A DNA stretch of 32,000 nt from Mucisphaera calidilacus (GTDB taxonomy: Bacteria; Planctomycetota; Phycisphaerae; Phycisphaerales; Phycisphaeraceae), in assembly GCF_007748075.1 (NCBI RefSeq), contig NZ_CP036280.1:1590001-1622000 (forward strand), read 5' to 3'. This document shows, in pieces, positions 15,848 to 24,875 of this stretch. A model generated the notes under the pieces. It was not told the DNA's origin. It did not search any database and saw only the letters and a program-made list of their open reading frames with translations. Numbering within the stretch: the stretch's first letter is position 1; each line of letters begins with the position of its first letter. A program made the translations under genes and the position numbers.

Positions 15848-17335
15848 TTACGGTTTGTCGGGGCTCATAGCCTTGCGTGTCACGGAGATCTGACCGGGCA
15901 CGACCATGTCATCGAGGTCTTCGGTGTCCATGATGTATCCGACGATCTGGCTGTCCCAGTCGGCGTAGGTGTTGAGCCCCCCTTTCAGCCAGGTCACGAT
16001 GGTTTTCCCCGGCTTCCAGATCGGAACAATGGGTCGGAGGTTGTCGGCGTTGGAATTCCACGTGACGGGGGCCCACGCCCAGGTTGCGCCCTTGTCGGGT
16101 GTTCGGCCCATGAAGATCTCGTAGTGCTGGAGTTGTGCGTCGTCGCGTGGGTCGATGGGTGAGGAGATAAAGATGATGTCGGGGTTGTCGGGATGGATGG
16201 CCATGAGGCCGGTGTAGTCATTCTCGAACTTGTAGAGGTAGCCGCCGGCTTTGGCGATCTCGAAGACGTTCCACTTGCTGCCGTCCCATCGGCCGTAGAG
16301 GAAACGGTGGTCAAGGTCGCTGTTGTTGGCACGAGCGCTCATAGCGGCGACGGGGTGACCGTGCGGATCAAGGTGGAGGTCGATGGTCCATGCGTGGCGC
16401 ATCTCGACGCCGTTGAACTTCGCGCCGGTAGCGAGGACGGTGGTGAAATCAGGAGCGAGGTGCGAGCTGACGCGCCTGCGGCTGACGGACCCGAGGACAA
16501 GGCCGTCGGTGCGGTGGAGACGCTCACGACTCATGTAGCCGTGATAGATGCTGTTGTCCTCGTCGCGTGGATGTCCGTCGGTCAGGAGGAAGTGGAGTTT
16601 CTCGGGTGTGTGCGAGGCGTACTTCATGTAAGGACGCTGGCCGCGTGCGGTGTTTCCGTCCGGGCCCGTCAGGAGTTTGCCGCCGTAGCGGAAGGTGTCG
16701 CCCCGGTCGCTGGATACGAAGTAGTTGGGGTCGGAGTCGTCAGAACGGCTGAAGTTGTAGAGCTGGTGAACGCCGTCGCGGTCGGCGAGCTTGAAGATAT
16801 TGCTGTAGCAGATAATGACCTTGTTCTCGTAGGTCTGCTCGGGTTCCCACGCGGTGGGGTCGTGGGGATGGGTCGAGACGCGCCAGCGCATGATGCGGTC
16901 GCTGCTGTGGGTCGAGTAGATCGCGACGTATCGTCCGTCGTCACGGATGTGGAGGGCGGGGACGTCGTGGTCATCGGGTTGGAGTCGGTCGTGGAGTTCA
17001 AATGCACCGGCCTCGCCTGTTCTGAGGTTGTGCCAGAGCAGGTCGATGTCGCCGTGCTCGAAGGCGTCGGTTCTGGAGAAGGAGACAGATCCCATGAGCA
17101 TCATGGGGCCGTTGGGGTGGTCTGTATCGATGACGACGCGCTCGTCCTGATACCAGCACCAGGCGCCTGTGGGGACCCCGGCGGCCCGGGTGAAGTTGAT
17201 GAGCTTGTGCTCGCTGGCGCGGGCGCTGCCTGCCAGGAGCGTGACGAGGATGCAGGCTGCTGCGATTCCGGAGAGTGTGTAGCGTTTCGTGATCGCAGGC
17301 ATCGTGCTGATTCCCTTTCCTGAGCGGTTGGTCAT
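15848..17335 (-). CDS. Secreted BNR/Asp-box beta-propeller protein (BNR_4-like), paralog 1
   Basis: The track ORF 15848..17467 overlaps the upstream gene's stop at 17401, so I trimmed it to ATG 17335 (MTNRSGKG...); ATG 17302 (MPAITKRYTLSGIAAACILVTLLAGSARA) is an alternative. It has a signal peptide, an Asp-box-like SSDRGDTF and the motif LTDGHPRDEDNSIYHGY, which it shares with the 27768..29213 protein. Confidence 0.7.
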   Translation of the reverse strand: MTNRSGKGISTMPAITKRYTLSGIAAACILVTLLAGSARASEHKLINFTRAAGVPTGAWCWYQDERVVIDTDHPNGPMMLMGSVSFSRTDAFEHGDIDLLWHNLRTGEAGAFELHDRLQPDDHDVPALHIRDDGRYVAIYSTHSSDRIMRWRVSTHPHDPTAWEPEQTYENKVIICYSNIFKLADRDGVHQLYNFSRSDDSDPNYFVSSDRGDTFRYGGKLLTGPDGNTARGQRPYMKYASHTPEKLHFLLTDGHPRDEDNSIYHGYMSRERLHRTDGLVLGSVSRRRVSSHLAPDFTTVLATGAKFNGVEMRHAWTIDLHLDPHGHPVAAMSARANNSDLDHRFLYGRWDGSKWNVFEIAKAGGYLYKFENDYTGLMAIHPDNPDIIFISSPIDPRDDAQLQHYEIFMGRTPDKGATWAWAPVTWNSNADNLRPIVPIWKPGKTIVTWLKGGLNTYADWDSQIVGYIMDTEDLDDMVVPGQISVTRKAMSPDKP

Positions 17336-17400
17336 GGCTTGTGATCGCGTGTGTTCATGGCGAGAGGCTTGTGGAAGCCGTGATGGGCTTCGTGAGACGG

Positions 17401-19371
17401 CTAGCGTCCGTTGGTCGCGCATTGGATGGTGACGCGGGTGGTGCTGATCGGCTGTCCGGCCTGCCATTGTTTGCGCCCGGGTATCCAGTTGAGATATAGA
17501 TGATCGGTGACTCGGCCTCGGACCGGCTTGGGCTCGCTGGCGTAACGAACGTTCATGCGGTCTGCGCTGTCGATAAACAGGACGTCATCGATATTGACCT
17601 GGTGAATACCTGAACGCTCCATGGCCATCCCGGAGCATGAGGGTACGTGTGTGGCGTCGTTGTCGATGGTCAGGCTGCGGTACCCACGCTCGTAAACCCA
17701 TGTGGGATTGTTGAGTATGCCGATGAGTCCGGTGCCGACCTCGGTAGTGGTGACGTCCTTGAGGGCGGTGAGTTCTTCGCTGAAGGTGAATGTTCCATCG
17801 GGCTGTGATTCGACGGTGATCTGGCTTCGGATCGCGTCGCCATGGTCCACCACGAGTTTGGCTTTGAACGCGTTGTCGGTGTTCTCGATCTCGATATCGC
17901 GGAGTTTCGGAGAGGGCGCGCGGTCGTTGCCCTCGATGCGGACGTGACCGATTCCGCTGCGGAAATGGGGAGAGACGATGCGATCGAGTTGATTAGGGAC
18001 CGCCTGGATCATGATCTTGTTGCCCCAGCTGAGCGTGTGAACCGCTGAGGGTGTGCGGTTGAGCATCAGCTTGCCACCGTCGAGTCTCCGCACGCCGGTG
18101 TAGAGGTCGGGCCGGAGGGGCAATTCGTCGACTTCGTGAAGCAGGAGCCATGTCAGGCTTGTGTAATAGATGAGGTCCATCTGAGCGGACGGGAAGAAAT
18201 ACTCGCCCGGCGCGTAGACCGCCCCGCCATTGGGCCGGGACTGCATTTTGACCATCGTGTCGATACCACGCATGGCAATCGACCAGGCGTCGGGGTCGTT
18301 GGCGTAGACGGCCATGAGGACATGCTTGAAGTGCCAGTCCGGATTGCGGAAGAGCCGCCAGTCCTGACCGGAGGGGTAGACGAAGCCGCCGTCGGGCAGG
18401 ATGAACCACTTGATGTTTTCGTAGATCTGCGGGACGTTATAGAGCAGTGCCTCGGGGATTGCTCGGCCGGTCATCCGGTAGTCGAGGGCACACCCCAGGC
18501 CGAGGCTGTAGCAGGTCATGTAGTCGGGGTGGATGATGTTGTGGTTCTCGAGGGTAAAGTCCTCGTGGATGTTGGCCCCGAGGAACCAGTCCTTGACGGG
18601 CCTGTCGTCGACGATCACCTCGCAGGTCGCGTCGGAGGCTCGGAGGTGGGCGGAGATGGCCCACTGCGGGAAGGCCTCTCGCCAGACCTCGTTGCGTGGG
18701 TCGTCGGGCAGCAGGAGCATCGCGATCGAGATCACCTGGCTGTTCCAGCCGTTCTCTTCGGACTTCGTGTCGTTCTTGACGCGATGCGGGATTTTCGCGG
18801 CGGCGATCCGGTCGGCCTCGTGCGCCATGATGCTCTGGATGCCGCGTTGGAGGTCTTCGGGCAGGTCCTCCCAGATCCACCATGCACTGCGTCCGAGCAT
18901 GTGGGCCCAGTGGGCGGATTGCCAGTGGTCGCCCCACGGCTTGCCGTTGCTTGTAGGCCTGGTGCCGGTCTTGTGGGTCACGACGAGGTAGCGCATCATC
19001 GGGATGATGTGGTTGCTGAGAAGCTGCTCGCGCGACACACCAACCCGTTCGGCGTTGTAGGGTCCGAATCTGTAGAGGAAGGCGAGGCCAGCCACGGTGC
19101 CGGTGTTCGGCCTGATCCAGTGCTCGCCATGCTTGCTGTCGGTCAGGAGCCGGAGGGTGGGGTCGCCCTCCCAGGGCCGCGTCGTGCTGATGAGGTAACG
19201 AGCCTGATTCTCGACGACCTCGTAGACCTTCTGCCGGTACTCGGTCAAGGGCCCTTCAGCGGCAGCCGGCTGCCACCGCATCGGCATGACGTCGGCAGCC
19301 ATGATCAGCTGGCCGGTGAGGGTGAGCCATGCGATTAATGCGAGCACGACTATCTTTGGGGTGCTGTGCAT
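17401..19371 (-). CDS. Secreted 656-aa hypothetical protein; candidate polysaccharide lyase/hydrolase by context only
   Basis: Track ORF with signal peptide MHSTPKIVVLALIAWLTLTGQLIMAADV. The start lies 6 bp after the stop of the upstream gene. The W/H/Y-rich N-terminal two thirds (e.g. ENHNIIHPDYM) followed by a beta-rich C-terminal third resemble a toroid-plus-sandwich lyase architecture. I cannot assign a family. Confidence 0.75.
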   Translation of the reverse strand: MHSTPKIVVLALIAWLTLTGQLIMAADVMPMRWQPAAAEGPLTEYRQKVYEVVENQARYLISTTRPWEGDPTLRLLTDSKHGEHWIRPNTGTVAGLAFLYRFGPYNAERVGVSREQLLSNHIIPMMRYLVVTHKTGTRPTSNGKPWGDHWQSAHWAHMLGRSAWWIWEDLPEDLQRGIQSIMAHEADRIAAAKIPHRVKNDTKSEENGWNSQVISIAMLLLPDDPRNEVWREAFPQWAISAHLRASDATCEVIVDDRPVKDWFLGANIHEDFTLENHNIIHPDYMTCYSLGLGCALDYRMTGRAIPEALLYNVPQIYENIKWFILPDGGFVYPSGQDWRLFRNPDWHFKHVLMAVYANDPDAWSIAMRGIDTMVKMQSRPNGGAVYAPGEYFFPSAQMDLIYYTSLTWLLLHEVDELPLRPDLYTGVRRLDGGKLMLNRTPSAVHTLSWGNKIMIQAVPNQLDRIVSPHFRSGIGHVRIEGNDRAPSPKLRDIEIENTDNAFKAKLVVDHGDAIRSQITVESQPDGTFTFSEELTALKDVTTTEVGTGLIGILNNPTWVYERGYRSLTIDNDATHVPSCSGMAMERSGIHQVNIDDVLFIDSADRMNVRYASEPKPVRGRVTDHLYLNWIPGRKQWQAGQPISTTRVTIQCATNGR

Positions 19372-19377
19372 CAGTGA

Positions 19378-22263
19378 TCACTTACCTTTCTTGATCTGTC
19401 GGATCATCAGCGGTTGGTTGACGCGTTTGGCCCACTCCGTGAGATAGGCGTTCCATTTCTCGGAATCCGTGAATCGGTGAGCCCGGCTCCAGCCTGCTCC
19501 GGCCCAGTGGACTACGGATCCGCTCTCCGGCAGGTGGGTGAGGAGCAGGTGGTGGTTCTCGATCATCTCGTAACGAGCCTTGCCGGCGTTCTGGAGTACG
19601 ACGCCTGCGCCGAGGTCTCCGTTGCCCTTCGCGCCGAGCGGTCCCCACTGCCCGAGCCAGGTTCTGTCGGGTGATGGGCTGTGGGTGGCGGGGTTACGTC
19701 TGACCAGGCCGGTGGCGAACTCGATGGTGTCGGGGCTGCCGTCGATGGTGTAGTCGGTGGTGATGCGGGTGAGGTTGTGGCCCTTGTCGAGGCTGAGTCG
19801 CTGCGTCTCGCGGATGGTGATGCCGTTGATCCGGCGTTCGGGGAAGGTGAGTTCGAAGAGGGTGCGGACGGGCCCGTTGGCGAGGATGCGCCACAACGCG
19901 TAGTTTTCGCCACGGACGAACTGGCCGTCGATGACCAAGGCGGTCCCGCCGCAGCCGAGCGTGTTGCCGACCTTGTAGAGGTCGGCTCCTTCACCGCGGT
20001 CGGTGTGGTAGTCGTGTCCGGGCTGGTACCACTTCTCGACGATGGGGTAGGGGACCCGCTTGCTCCAGACGTCGATGCCGTTGCTGATGGTCTCGTTGCG
20101 GAGCGCCGGGCCGTACATCCGGTAGGCGATGCGGTCGCTTTCCCAGGCGAAGTCGTCCATGCGCGTGGGGACGAATTTGGCGTGCACGGGCGAGGGGTCG
20201 TTTTGTCCGCGTACGGGCGGGGTCGCTTGAAGGGTGAAGACGACGGTCTGGCTGGCGAGGAAGTGGTGCTGGAAGACCAGCAGGTCGGGCGTGCCGTTTG
20301 CGTCGGTGTCGATGACCTGTGAGGTGGCTTCGCGGCCCGTGCTGCCGTTGATCACGCGGATCGTCTGGCTGTCGGCGTGGGGCATGGCGTCTTCGATGCT
20401 CTGCCAGGGTATCTCAACGGTCTGGTGTCCTCGCGGCTGGTCAAGCGGGTTGGTGACCTCGATGCGCATCTGAGCGTGCTGGTTGGGGTCGGGCGCGACG
20501 AGGGGGCGTGTGAGGTTGGACCAGTCGCCGCTGAAGTAGGCGCGGTCGAGGTCATTCGCGAAGACGGTGTCGCCACGGTGCTCGGCCAGCTCGAGCAGGT
20601 CGTTGTAGATGTAGAAGTTGAGCCAGTAGGCGTAGTGGTATTTCTGCCTTGTGCTAAGCGGCTTCATCATGCCGGCGTAGGGAGAGAGGTCGAGTTGATT
20701 GGCTCGGGCGGCCTCGATGGCTTTCTGAGCGCGTGCCCACATGGCGTCGGTGACACGTTCGTGGAGGTCGCGATAACCCTGATAGTCCAGCTCGGCCGGG
20801 TCGATCAGAGTGGCGGTGTCGTCGATACCGAGCGAGATGAGGGAGACGCTACGCTCGTAGCGCTTGTCGCCGTCGAGGTCGTAGTCGATGCGGTCGAAGA
20901 AGCCGTTGTCGTCGGTGTCGGCGTATCGGATGGTGGGGAACTTCTTTGCCGTGTGTGAGCTGCGTGACCAGCCCTGGTAGAAGTGTGCGTCCTGGTCGAT
21001 GCGCCAGGCTCCCCACTCGGCGCCGTGGAGGTGGATGCGTCCGTCGAATCCTGCGGTGTAGAGTTTTCCTCCGCCTGAGAAGTCGCTGTCCCACTCGCCG
21101 CGGTCGCCGGAGCTGTCGCTCTGCGGGTGCCAGTCGATGCCGCCCTTGTAGAGGCCGATCTTGAAGGGGTCGTCGGGGTGGTAGACCTCGACGCGTTCCC
21201 ACCGCTCGCAGTCGTCGTCCTCGTCGAAGACCAGCCAGCACCGCCCCCATTCGCCGCGGTTGTAGATGAGGTCTCTAGCCGCGTCGTGGTCGGGGTAGAT
21301 CAGTTCGGTGAGTTGGCGCCAGCGTGGGTCGTAGAAGAACTTATCGGCTTCGCGGATGCCGCTGAGGCTCTTGAAGCGGTGGACCTGGTCGGCGTAGTCG
21401 AAGCCCTTGCCGGCGTAGTTGAGGGTCATGTCGAAGTCGAACTCGTTGCCGGGCACGGTGTCGTTGTCGAGGTCGGTGGCGATGGAGACCCAGTCGATGG
21501 TTGCGTCGACCACCATGCGCCGCCATTCGTCTTTGATGGCCGAGCCTTCTTCGGGCATGACGAATCCTTCGTGCGGTGCCGGCATCTGGCGGGGCGAGTC
21601 GACGAGTCGGATGGCGACCTCGCAGATGTCGTCGCCGTCCTCGTCGTAGAAGAGGAAGGGGTTCTCCCAGTTGTAGCGGAGGTCGGGCATGTTGTAGGTG
21701 GAGGTGTGTATTTTCAGGAACATGCTGTGGCCGAGGTAGTCCTCGAAGAAGTGTGATGTCCCGGTGTGTTCCCAGCACTTGAGCTTGTAGTCGTTCCAGT
21801 CGATGTAGTTCAGGACGCCGTCTTGGTCGGTGTCGACCATGACCATGTAGTGGCCGGGTCCCCAGAGCATGTCCTTGCGTGTGGCGTTCTCGACGACGAC
21901 CTGCAGGTCGGCGTTGTTGTCGCCGTCCTCATCGCCCCAGTCGATCATGAGGTCGTGTTCGTCGCCGTAGTTCCCGTCCTTGTTGCGGTCGATCATGAGG
22001 CAGTCGCTGTCGGTGTCGCCGACGAGGTCATCGAAGGTCATGTCGTCGTCGTCGTCGATCCACTGGACGGGCATGCCGTCGCGGAGCACCGTGCGCAGGA
22101 CGTCCGGATCGCCGTCGTTGTCGAGGTCTTCAAAGACGGGCACGGTTCCGACCGCCGGCATCAGGATGCGGTACTGGCGGACCATGGGGTCGGCGCGTGT
22201 GGAAGCCTGGAGGCCGAGCACGGCTGTGAGGATGAGGGTGGTGGTGCGTGTGATGATCTGCAT
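19378..22263 (-). CDS. Secreted 961-aa fusion protein: N-terminal Ca-binding FG-GAP-like repeat region plus C-terminal DUF4861-like domain
   Basis: The track ORF 19378..22401 overlaps kduD, so I trimmed it to ATG 22263 (MQIITRTTTLILTAVLGLQASTRADP, with GGAG about 10 nt upstream). N-terminal D-x-D-x-DG loops: FEDLDNDGDPDV, DRNKDGNYGD, DTDQDGVLNYID, YDEDGDDICE, ADTDDNGFFDRIDYDLDGD. The C-terminal roughly 365 aa (19381-20475) carry IEVTNPLDQPRGHQTVEIPW...MDDFAWESDRIAYRMYGPAL...DVWSKRVPYPIVEKWY...YHTDRGEGADLYKVGNTLGCGG, which I recognise as DUF4861-type. Confidence 0.75.
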   Translation of the reverse strand: MQIITRTTTLILTAVLGLQASTRADPMVRQYRILMPAVGTVPVFEDLDNDGDPDVLRTVLRDGMPVQWIDDDDDMTFDDLVGDTDSDCLMIDRNKDGNYGDEHDLMIDWGDEDGDNNADLQVVVENATRKDMLWGPGHYMVMVDTDQDGVLNYIDWNDYKLKCWEHTGTSHFFEDYLGHSMFLKIHTSTYNMPDLRYNWENPFLFYDEDGDDICEVAIRLVDSPRQMPAPHEGFVMPEEGSAIKDEWRRMVVDATIDWVSIATDLDNDTVPGNEFDFDMTLNYAGKGFDYADQVHRFKSLSGIREADKFFYDPRWRQLTELIYPDHDAARDLIYNRGEWGRCWLVFDEDDDCERWERVEVYHPDDPFKIGLYKGGIDWHPQSDSSGDRGEWDSDFSGGGKLYTAGFDGRIHLHGAEWGAWRIDQDAHFYQGWSRSSHTAKKFPTIRYADTDDNGFFDRIDYDLDGDKRYERSVSLISLGIDDTATLIDPAELDYQGYRDLHERVTDAMWARAQKAIEAARANQLDLSPYAGMMKPLSTRQKYHYAYWLNFYIYNDLLELAEHRGDTVFANDLDRAYFSGDWSNLTRPLVAPDPNQHAQMRIEVTNPLDQPRGHQTVEIPWQSIEDAMPHADSQTIRVINGSTGREATSQVIDTDANGTPDLLVFQHHFLASQTVVFTLQATPPVRGQNDPSPVHAKFVPTRMDDFAWESDRIAYRMYGPALRNETISNGIDVWSKRVPYPIVEKWYQPGHDYHTDRGEGADLYKVGNTLGCGGTALVIDGQFVRGENYALWRILANGPVRTLFELTFPERRINGITIRETQRLSLDKGHNLTRITTDYTIDGSPDTIEFATGLVRRNPATHSPSPDRTWLGQWGPLGAKGNGDLGAGVVLQNAGKARYEMIENHHLLLTHLPESGSVVHWAGAGWSRAHRFTDSEKWNAYLTEWAKRVNQPLMIRQIKKGK

Positions 22264-22303
22264 GGGCGTTGACTCCGAGAGAGCGTGTGAATCGATTCGA
22301 GGG

Positions 22304-23074
22304 TCAGCGCCCCATCCATCCGCCGTCAACGAGGAGCGTGGTCCCGTGGCAGTAGTCGGAGGCGGATGAGGCGAGGAAGACGGCGGGCCCCTTGAAGTCA
22401 TCGGGTTGTCCCCAGCGTCCCGCAGGTATGCGTGCGAGGATCTGCTCGCTGCGGACGGGGTCGTCGCGCAGGGCCTGCGTGTTGTCGGTGGCGATGTAGC
22501 CCGGAGCGATCGCGTTGACGTTGACCCCCCTGCCCGCCCACTCGTTGGCGAGCGCCATGGTGAGGCGTCCGATGCCGGCCTTGCTGGCCGCGTAGCCCGG
22601 GACGGTGATGCCTCCCTGGTAGGTCAGGAGCGAGGCGATAAAGAGGATCTTGCCGTGTCCCCGTTGGAGCATGTCGCGACCGATCTCGCGGCTGAGGATG
22701 AAGGGCGCGGTGAGGTTGACGCCGATGACCTCGTCCCACATGCCGTCGGGGTGTTCGGCGGCGGGTGTGCGTCGTATGGTTCCGGCGTTGTTGACGAGGA
22801 TGTCGATGACCGGGTGGTTCGCGCGCACCTGCCGGATGAACTGCTGGAGGGCTTCCCGGTCGCCCATGTCGCAGGCGTAGCCGGTGAAGCTTCGGCCTGT
22901 CGCGGCGACGGCGTGCGCGACGTCGCTGCGTAGCGGGTCGAGTGTGGAGCTGACGCCCACGATGTCGGCGCCGGCTTCGGCGAGTCCCTCGGCGATGGCG
23001 TAGCCGATGCCGGTCCGGCACCCGGTGACCAGGGCTGTCTTACCCTCAAGGCTAAAGCTGTTCGACGGTGACAT
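22304..23074 (-). CDS. kduD: 2-dehydro-3-deoxy-D-gluconate 5-dehydrogenase (SDR family)
   Basis: Alignable along its whole length to enterobacterial KduD from memory: SFSLEGKTALVTGCRTGIG..., ILVNNAG, YAASKAGIGRLTMALANEWAGRGVNVNAIAPGYIATDNTQALR, RIPAGRWGQPDDFKGPAVFLASSASDYCHGTTLLVDGGWMGR. GGAG lies 6 nt upstream of the ATG. Confidence 0.9.
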   Translation of the reverse strand: MSPSNSFSLEGKTALVTGCRTGIGYAIAEGLAEAGADIVGVSSTLDPLRSDVAHAVAATGRSFTGYACDMGDREALQQFIRQVRANHPVIDILVNNAGTIRRTPAAEHPDGMWDEVIGVNLTAPFILSREIGRDMLQRGHGKILFIASLLTYQGGITVPGYAASKAGIGRLTMALANEWAGRGVNVNAIAPGYIATDNTQALRDDPVRSEQILARIPAGRWGQPDDFKGPAVFLASSASDYCHGTTLLVDGGWMGR

Positions 23075-23103
23075 GACGTTCTCCGGTGGTTCTGTCTGGT
23101 TAC

Positions 23104-24402
23104 TCAGGGTCCGCCGTTGAAGAGTGCGGGCAGGGTCATCGTGACGGCGGGCCAGTAGGTCACCACGAGCAAGACCAGGAGCATGCCGGCGAGAAAGGGA
23201 ACGAGGGATCGGGCCACCTCACCGAACTCGGCCTTGCCCACGCTGCAGGCGACAAAGATGGCGATGCCGACCGGGGGTGTGCACTGCCCGATGCCGAGGG
23301 CGAGGACCATCATGACCCCGAAGTGCACGGGGGCCATGTCGATGGTGTCGCAGGCGATGGGCATGAGGATCGGCACGAGCAGGATCATGGCGGGCGTCAG
23401 GTCGAGGAACGTCCCGATCGCCAGGAGCATCAGGAGCATCATGAGTTTGAGTGCGACGGGGTTCTGCGTGAGGCTGAGCATGGAAGCCGCGATGTCCTGG
23501 GGGACCTGCTCGACGGTCATCAGCCAGGCGAAGGGTGCGGTCGCGGCGATGCAGAGCACCACGATGCCGGTGATCCTGGTGCTGTCGATGAGGGCGTGGT
23601 AGATGTCGCTGAATGACAGTGTTCGGTAGATGAGCCCGCCGACGAGCATCGCCCACGCGACGGCCACGATGGCTGCCTCGGTGGGTGTCACGTAGCCGCC
23701 GACGATGCCGCCGAGCACCCAGAAGACGGTGAGCAGCGGCAGCGCGGATCGCAAGAGTGCGCGGGCGATGGCCATCAGGCTGGTGCCCGGGGTTGATGGC
23801 TCGTGCCGCTGAAGGGTGGCGATGGCGAAGGCGATGACCATAAGGACGCATCCGGTGAGGATGCCCGGGAGGATGCCTCCCAGGAACAGGTCGCCGATGG
23901 AGATGCCGCCGATCACGCCCATGAGGACAAAGGGGATGCTGGGGGGGATGATGATGCCGATGGACCCCGCGGTGGCCTGGAGTGCCGTGGCGGTTCCTCG
24001 CGAGTAGCCGCTGTTGATCATGGCGGGGATCAGGACGATGCCGATGGCGGCGGTGGTGGCGGCGGTCGATCCCGAGACGGCGGCGAAGAACATGCAGGCG
24101 ATAACGCTGACCATCGCGACACCGCCGCGGACCCTGCCGACGACGGAGCGGGCGAGGTCGATGAGTCGGCCGGACATCCCGCCACGGTCCATGAGGCATC
24201 CGGCCAGGACGAAGAAGGGGATGGCGAGCAGCGGGAAGGATCCGGTGGCCCCGACCATCTTGAGGGGGATCAGGCCCGGGCTGAAGTCGCTGAACCCGGT
24301 GATGGCGACGGCAGCGGCGAGGATAAGCGCGACGGAGATCGGCACCCCCATGAGGAGCAGCGCCATGAAACCGAGCAGCAGCACCTGGATCATGGCGTTC
24401 AT
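23104..24402 (-). CDS. dctM: TRAP transporter large permease subunit (DctM family)
   Basis: 432-aa polytopic protein (MNAMIQVLLLGFMALLLMGVPISVALILAAAV...). Its start overlaps the dctQ stop in an ATGA (24399-24402). Confidence 0.85.
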   Translation of the reverse strand: MNAMIQVLLLGFMALLLMGVPISVALILAAAVAITGFSDFSPGLIPLKMVGATGSFPLLAIPFFVLAGCLMDRGGMSGRLIDLARSVVGRVRGGVAMVSVIACMFFAAVSGSTAATTAAIGIVLIPAMINSGYSRGTATALQATAGSIGIIIPPSIPFVLMGVIGGISIGDLFLGGILPGILTGCVLMVIAFAIATLQRHEPSTPGTSLMAIARALLRSALPLLTVFWVLGGIVGGYVTPTEAAIVAVAWAMLVGGLIYRTLSFSDIYHALIDSTRITGIVVLCIAATAPFAWLMTVEQVPQDIAASMLSLTQNPVALKLMMLLMLLAIGTFLDLTPAMILLVPILMPIACDTIDMAPVHFGVMMVLALGIGQCTPPVGIAIFVACSVGKAEFGEVARSLVPFLAGMLLVLLVVTYWPAVTMTLPALFNGGP

Positions 24403-24875
24403 GATTCGGTCTCGCGGGTGACTGCCTGAGGCCGTCGCCAGATCAGGGAGATTGTCCGCAGCAGCATGAGGAGCGCCCCGACCGGGATCGCGAGGTAGAC
24501 CCAGGATCGTGGCAGTTCAAGGACGGCGGTGTCGACGTCGTGCCCGCTGATCGTGAGGCCGACGCCATACCAGATCAGGACGAGGCAGCAGATGGCGACC
24601 AGGGTGTGAGCGATGCCTCGGGCGGCCGATCCCAGCCTGTCGGGCAGCCAGTCCACGAAGACGGCGACGACGAAGTGCTCGTTGCGTTTGAGCGCGAGCG
24701 AGGCCCCGACAAAGACCAGCCAGGTGAAGAGGATGGTGGCGAGTTCCTCGGTCCAGGCGGGCGGATCGGTGAGGATATAGCGTCCGATCACCTGGATCAG
24801 GGTGATGACGCACATCACGGCCAGCAGAGCTGCTCCGGCGACTTCCTCGAGATGATCGGCGAGTTTACGGATCAA
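24399..24875 (-). CDS. dctQ: TRAP transporter small permease subunit (DctQ family)
   Basis: 158 aa with four predicted TM segments, lying between the DctP- and DctM-type genes. It overlaps the dctP 3' end by 11 nt. Confidence 0.8.
   Translation of the reverse strand: MIRKLADHLEEVAGAALLAVMCVITLIQVIGRYILTDPPAWTEELATILFTWLVFVGASLALKRNEHFVVAVFVDWLPDRLGSAARGIAHTLVAICCLVLIWYGVGLTISGHDVDTAVLELPRSWVYLAIPVGALLMLLRTISLIWRRPQAVTRETES

Noticed and set aside
22264-22401. N-terminal extension of the track ORF 19378..22401 (MTSRGPPSSSPHPPP...)
   Set aside because: It overlaps the 3' end of kduD (stop at 22304) and is Pro/Ser-rich. The internal ATG at 22263 gives a canonical signal peptide and has a GGAG upstream. 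The same logic applies to 17336..17467 of ORF 15848..17467, which overlaps the upstream gene's stop at 17401. It also applies to 27690..27767 of ORF 27690..29213, which would leave only 59 bp for two divergent promoters.
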